Assembly: GCA_022615805.1 (NCBI GenBank) | Contig: JAKEGO010000152.1 | Coordinates: 1-34,277 of the forward strand | Length of the DNA: 34,277 bases | Source: Thermoplasmata archaeon | Lineage (GTDB): Archaea > Thermoplasmatota > JAKEGO01 | Direction of reading: 5' to 3' | In this document: in pieces, positions 32,501 to 34,277 of the stretch | Position numbering within the stretch: the first letter of the stretch is position 1 | Layout: the number at the start of each line of letters is the position of its first letter | The notes under the pieces: model-generated | Database searches by the model: none | What the model saw: only the letters and a program-made list of their open reading frames with translations | Told to the model about the DNA's origin: nothing | Made by a program: the position numbers and the translations under genes

Positions 32501-32704
32501 GCACTCCCGCGAGCAGGACGGCGCCCCCCTCACCTCCATGACGTAGGCTTCGGAAGCACCGCGCACCTCGCCCCTGCTCCCTCCCAGGAGCCCCACGGCA
32601 TCGAACCCGGTCTTCGCTGGCAGTGCGATCCCTCCGTAATTTCGGTCATCCCCGCGCATCTCAGGCCCGCGCCGCCCCTTTCGCGCGCCCGCATCCCAGG
32701 CCAT
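29519..32704 (-). CDS. 1061-aa fusion: GltD/NfnB-like NAD(P)H flavoprotein - Cys-rich/2x[4Fe-4S] ferredoxin - MvhD(FlpD)-like domain - HdrB/GlcF-type CCG-like domains
   Basis: GltD/NfnB N-terminus: 'CSRECPAGVNV..YI.LI...FEEA...I...NPFP.VCGRVC..PCE..C'. Rossmann sites: 'RVAIVGAGPAGL...EAGDEPGGMLRYGIP.YRLPK' and 'TVVIGGGSTAVD'. Also 'VFAAGDV', 'CLTCGPCALCDVCVPTC', and 'CIGCGRCEEAC' / 'CSSCSACVSICPTG'. The MvhD-like domain is 'FLVRALAAAGRGVLVVGPDASCGSHY'. The CCG-like tail is 'LHGAC...KGSCGS...LVACTSPNC'. The start at 32704 is supported by TATA geometry. ATG 32539 is an alternative. Confidence 0.75.
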   Translation of the reverse strand: MAWDAGARKGRRGPEMRGDDRNYGGIALPAKTGFDAVGLLGGSRGEVRGASEAYVMEVRGAPSCSRECPAGVNVKAYIGLIANRRFEEAVDVIREANPFPLVCGRVCTRPCEAGCEQSETGDPVAIRDLKRFAADFELARRPAVAEPCPVLHEERVAIVGAGPAGLTAAVDLVHLGYRVVVMEAGDEPGGMLRYGIPPYRLPKRVLAREIDWIRGLGVEVRTRTRVDDPVALLTEGYSAVLVAGGAPLAMPLGIPGEDAEGVMDALALLRAVNRGERPDLRGRTVVIGGGSTAVDAARTAARLRAEVTLAYRRGREEMPADPQEVAEAEAEGVAVRTLAIPKRVVVKGGRVTEVEFISARLGEPDGSGRRRPEPVKGSEFKIAADHVLTAIGAMPDVGTACGPGFTTGGGLVAVGDDCATSVTGVFAAGDVELGPATVVEAIGRGHVAAAGIDAYLAGRAFVPPDPRAVPVPVVLRPGSLRGRPREGGQTRHGPSDASCFDDATCTMDETVAVGEASRCLTCGPCALCDVCVPTCGSKQLVATVRGASFLLKVPPELAREVAFGGLGSIDVVTDGGERTVGLRTLTAAVDATLCIGCGRCEEACAYRAISTVVRKGETPVAEVAHDACSSCSACVSICPTGAISQGPMSDGAVLGRVREVRTADGDIAFAALWTLPAPTFGGRDGIVEVMHERRPTPAFLVRALAAAGRGVLVVGPDASCGSHYIERGKGPAEAVAGARALVSLSGVSPERIGYAAVPAGTDPGVAFGDFARRLDAIGLEPLDLPATPGGIGPLGDALAAIRLMASRPDGPMDDPFGGLEPAGEGRPALFEGCIPMLAAVGALHDLFDLVPMRDAARRLALGTGVAEGGVPGLACPSRGLAADGDPSRRKAVERIARLNRKALSTASPSRLVISTPEAFASMKSARGIEVTALPEALMSAIEGGDMAPLGLTVGLHGACSMEDDPFLTPFRRLLEMAGARVVTLKGSCGSTGLAASDAEARRASDALVAEAAAAGASLVACTSPNCLSHMLMTRREGAWRTDAMEVTDPYRLVLLSMEGER

Positions 32705-32722
32705 CCAGCAGGGGAGTGGATA

Positions 32723-32750
32723 CCGTTATATGACTGCGTATAAAAATCCT
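32723..32750 (-). promoter_or_regulatory. promoter region of the redox operon (two TATA-like elements: minus-strand CATATAAC and TTTTTATA)
   Basis: AT-rich elements are centred about 25 and about 39 nt upstream of the minus-strand ATG at 32704. Confidence 0.5.
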
Positions 32751-32850
32751 TTGGACCTCGTCGAGCCCGTCGCCGGACCCGTTCGCATCATCCGCGTCAT
32801 TGAATAAAAATCAAGCGTCGGCCGAGAGGCGTCTCCGTTTCGACGGTAAT

Positions 32851-32860
32851 GTTTATTATC
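32851..32860 (+). promoter_or_regulatory. TATA-like element (GTTTATTATC) for the 32891 gene
   Basis: Lies about 35 nt upstream of ATG 32891. The SD-like AGGTGAGG (32881-32888) is directly before the ATG. Confidence 0.45.
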
Positions 32861-32890
32861 CGAGGAGCGCGATGCATCCGAGGTGAGGCC

Positions 32891-33610
32891 ATGCTCGACT
32901 TTCTCCATGACGGAGAGGTCGTAATAAAGGTGCTCCTCCAGGTGGACCGCCCGGAGGACTACTGCGAGGAGATGACAGGGCTGTTCCACGACCTCAAGGA
33001 GGTCCACGACAGGGCCGTCAGGATCATTGAGGTCCGCAAGGTCCGAGGGAACACCCTGCTGATATCGAGGGAGCGCTACTACCTCGTGTACCTGATCCTC
33101 CATACCCGAGCCGACATGACGGCCCTCTTCCTCCGGATGGCCGGGTCGGCCGAGAGGGAGGACCTCCTCGACACGATGACCCTCGGCTCCTTCCTCCAGT
33201 TGCGGCTTTACATGGGCATGGACGATCCCCGGCGGCAAATGATCGAGGACGCCGCCCGCTCGGACACGTCCCGCGAGCGGCTGGCCGAGTTCAGGAACGG
33301 AGCGCCCATTCTCGGCTCTAGGGGCCAGATAATCACGCCCGAGTTCCTGGCCAAGCTCGACGCCCATGTGAACGCGCTCGACCACCGGGCGGAGACGCTC
33401 GTGACCGAATTCATGAGCCGGCCGGTCCCCTCCCTCGGACGCGCATGGTTCCCCCTCCGGAGGTATGCCACGGCCCCGATGCGGGAGCGCGAATGGATAG
33501 GATTGGACGTCGCCGGGGCGAACCTGACCTCCTTCCACGGCGCCCTCACCCGGCTCCGCGGGGTCCTCGAGAGCGAATGCGGACTGCAGGCCCCGGTGGA
33601 GCCCTGGTGA
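32891..33610 (+). CDS. hypothetical protein (239 aa), no recognised family
   Basis: ATG 32891 with an SD-like element is preferred over the track start 32849, which overlaps the TATA. GC3 is coding-like. The gene is divergent from the redox operon. The N-terminal ~100 aa are faintly Roadblock/LC7-like ('RIIEVRKVRGNTLLISRERYYLVYLILHTRADM'), which is speculative. Confidence 0.5.
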   Translation: MLDFLHDGEVVIKVLLQVDRPEDYCEEMTGLFHDLKEVHDRAVRIIEVRKVRGNTLLISRERYYLVYLILHTRADMTALFLRMAGSAEREDLLDTMTLGSFLQLRLYMGMDDPRRQMIEDAARSDTSRERLAEFRNGAPILGSRGQIITPEFLAKLDAHVNALDHRAETLVTEFMSRPVPSLGRAWFPLRRYATAPMREREWIGLDVAGANLTSFHGALTRLRGVLESECGLQAPVEPW

Positions 33611-33702
33611 ATGTCCGACGGAAATGGTCCTATGCCATGGAACTGACGGGCGACCCGGCGCGAGCGGGACCGGTCATGGCAGGCCCGGCACCCGCCGATG
33701 CA

Positions 33703-33852
33703 TCACGATCCCGGTATCAGCCCGAAGTGGAAGAGCGCCCACACGATGGCGATGAGGACCGCCACCGTGATGACGAACTTGATGATCTTGATGATGATGA
33801 ACACGATCAGCAGGAGCGCCAGGATCACGAACAGCAACAGGAGCCACGGCAT
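33703..33852 (-). CDS. very small hydrophobic protein (49 aa, two TM helices)
   Basis: 'MPWLLLLFVILALLLIVFIIIKIIKFVITVAVLIAIVWALFHFGLIPGS'. A TATA box (minus-strand CTTTATAG, 33873-33880) about 24 nt upstream of this ATG implies a leaderless mRNA. The track start 33909 would include the TATA. The local GC drop could also make this ORF spurious. Confidence 0.4.
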   Translation of the reverse strand: MPWLLLLFVILALLLIVFIIIKIIKFVITVAVLIAIVWALFHFGLIPGS

Positions 33853-33872
33853 GCCACGATATCCCCAGGAGT

Positions 33873-33880
33873 CTATAAAG
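33873..33880 (-). promoter_or_regulatory. TATA box for the 49-aa hydrophobic ORF
   Basis: The plus-strand CTATAAAG reads as CTTTATAG on the minus strand, about 24 nt upstream of the minus-strand ATG at 33852. Confidence 0.35.
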
Positions 33881-33911
33881 AGGTTACGCCCGGCGAGGCT
33901 GCGTCCCATAA

Positions 33912-34277
33912 TTAGCCCACCGCCTTTTCAAGCCTGATCCTGACCCGGAACCTGATCCGGAGGCAGACGTTGTGTGCGACGACCTTCAACCCGACCTCCC
34001 TGGACTGGTTCCACCTCTTCCTGCTGTACAGCCTGCATCCCCAGAGCCTCTTGAACGACGAGTTCGTGGCCTCGCAGTTGCTCCTCTTGCGATACACCCT
34101 CTCGAATCCTTTCCTCCTCCGTCTGTAATGCAGGATCATCCGTCTCCAAGCCGGATGTCCCTTCGCCAGAGCGGTGGCATCCTTCCTCGGCTTCAGGAAC
34201 GGTCTGCCGCCGAGGTCGGCCACGGACTGCGCGTTTTTCCTGGACGAGTAGGCTGTGTCGGCGCAGACCGGACCAAG
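33912..34277 (-). mobile_element. C-terminal part of a DDE transposase (IS4/IS5-like), truncated by the right window edge
   Basis: The frame is open from 34277 with no in-window start. Translation gives 'LGPVCADTAYSSRKNAQSVADLGGRPFLKPRKDAT...YRKRSNCEATNSSFKRLWGCRLYSRKRWNQSREVGLKVVAHNV'. This is the 'aDkgY...n' third-acidic-region context followed by 'Y..R..vE..fs.lKr.fg..l.sr....q..E...k....N', typical of IS4/IS5-type DDE transposase C-termini. Stop is TAA. Confidence 0.65.

Noticed and set aside
28518-32743. Plus-strand ORFs of 642 aa and 735 aa (plus 265, 385 and 197 aa) over the redox operon
   Set aside because: These are antisense shadows with Arg/Pro/Gly/Ala-rich translations. The minus strand encodes clear Rossmann, Fe-S and BFD motifs.
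33445-33915. Plus-strand 156-aa ORF (and the 79-aa ORF 33698..33937) rich in D/E/H/R
   Set aside because: The 156-aa ORF overlaps the end of the 32891-33610 gene out of frame. Both ORFs are antisense to the hydrophobic mini-ORF. Their repetitive 'DDELDDLDDDEHDQQERQD' stretch is the mirror image of the Ile/Leu/Lys-rich codons on the other strand.
1-34277. CRISPR arrays, rRNA genes, prophage or canonical defence-system genes; also a haloarchaeal origin (suggested by the very acidic giant protein)
   Set aside because: No spaced direct repeats, rRNA-like segments or recognisable defence, phage or Cas domains were seen on either strand. Apart from the Ca-binding surface protein, the proteins are not acid-shifted (many are Arg/Lys-rich). 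A halophile assignment is therefore not supported.

Overview
This is a visibly GC-rich, GC3-skewed archaeal chromosomal segment. The archaeal hallmarks are TATA boxes about 25 nt upstream of many ATGs (leaderless or short-leader mRNAs), pilin-like proteins with class III signal-peptide-type N-termini, archaeosine synthase, a Trm5/Taw2-type enzyme, UPF0179 and DUF354. Codon usage (frequent AGG/ATA) suggests a euryarchaeal/Thermoplasmatota-like origin, but this is low confidence. I support about 27 protein genes. Nearly all long antisense ORFs in the track are GC-driven shadow ORFs. I see no rRNA, tRNA or CRISPR. Left to right, the window contains: an amidohydrolase N-terminal fragment at the left edge (missed by the track); a hypothetical ORF interrupted by one in-frame TAG; a small membrane protein; a sugar nucleotidyltransferase plus a Wzx-like flippase; purN; two tandem wHTH proteins; a PPC/DUF296 protein; two pilin-like proteins; a DUF4350 - MoxR AAA+ - DUF58 - polytopic membrane protein operon; ArcS plus Trm5/Taw2; UPF0179; DUF354; RNase HII; a 2551-aa secreted FG-GAP/CarboxypepD_reg/discoidin/CARDB surface protein with a C-terminal anchor; a 3-gene translationally coupled redox operon; an orphan protein; a tiny hydrophobic protein; and a partial IS transposase at the right edge. 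The strongest candidate for a novel system is the redox operon at 26227-32704. It joins an NfnB/GltD-ferredoxin-MvhD-HdrB-like megafusion to fused HcnAB/PdhAFX-like and DAO-type subunits, which suggests a possible bifurcating amine/amino-acid dehydrogenase. Secondary candidates are the pilin-like plus DUF4350/MoxR/DUF58 envelope cluster, the in-frame TAG ORF, and the giant adhesin-like protein.
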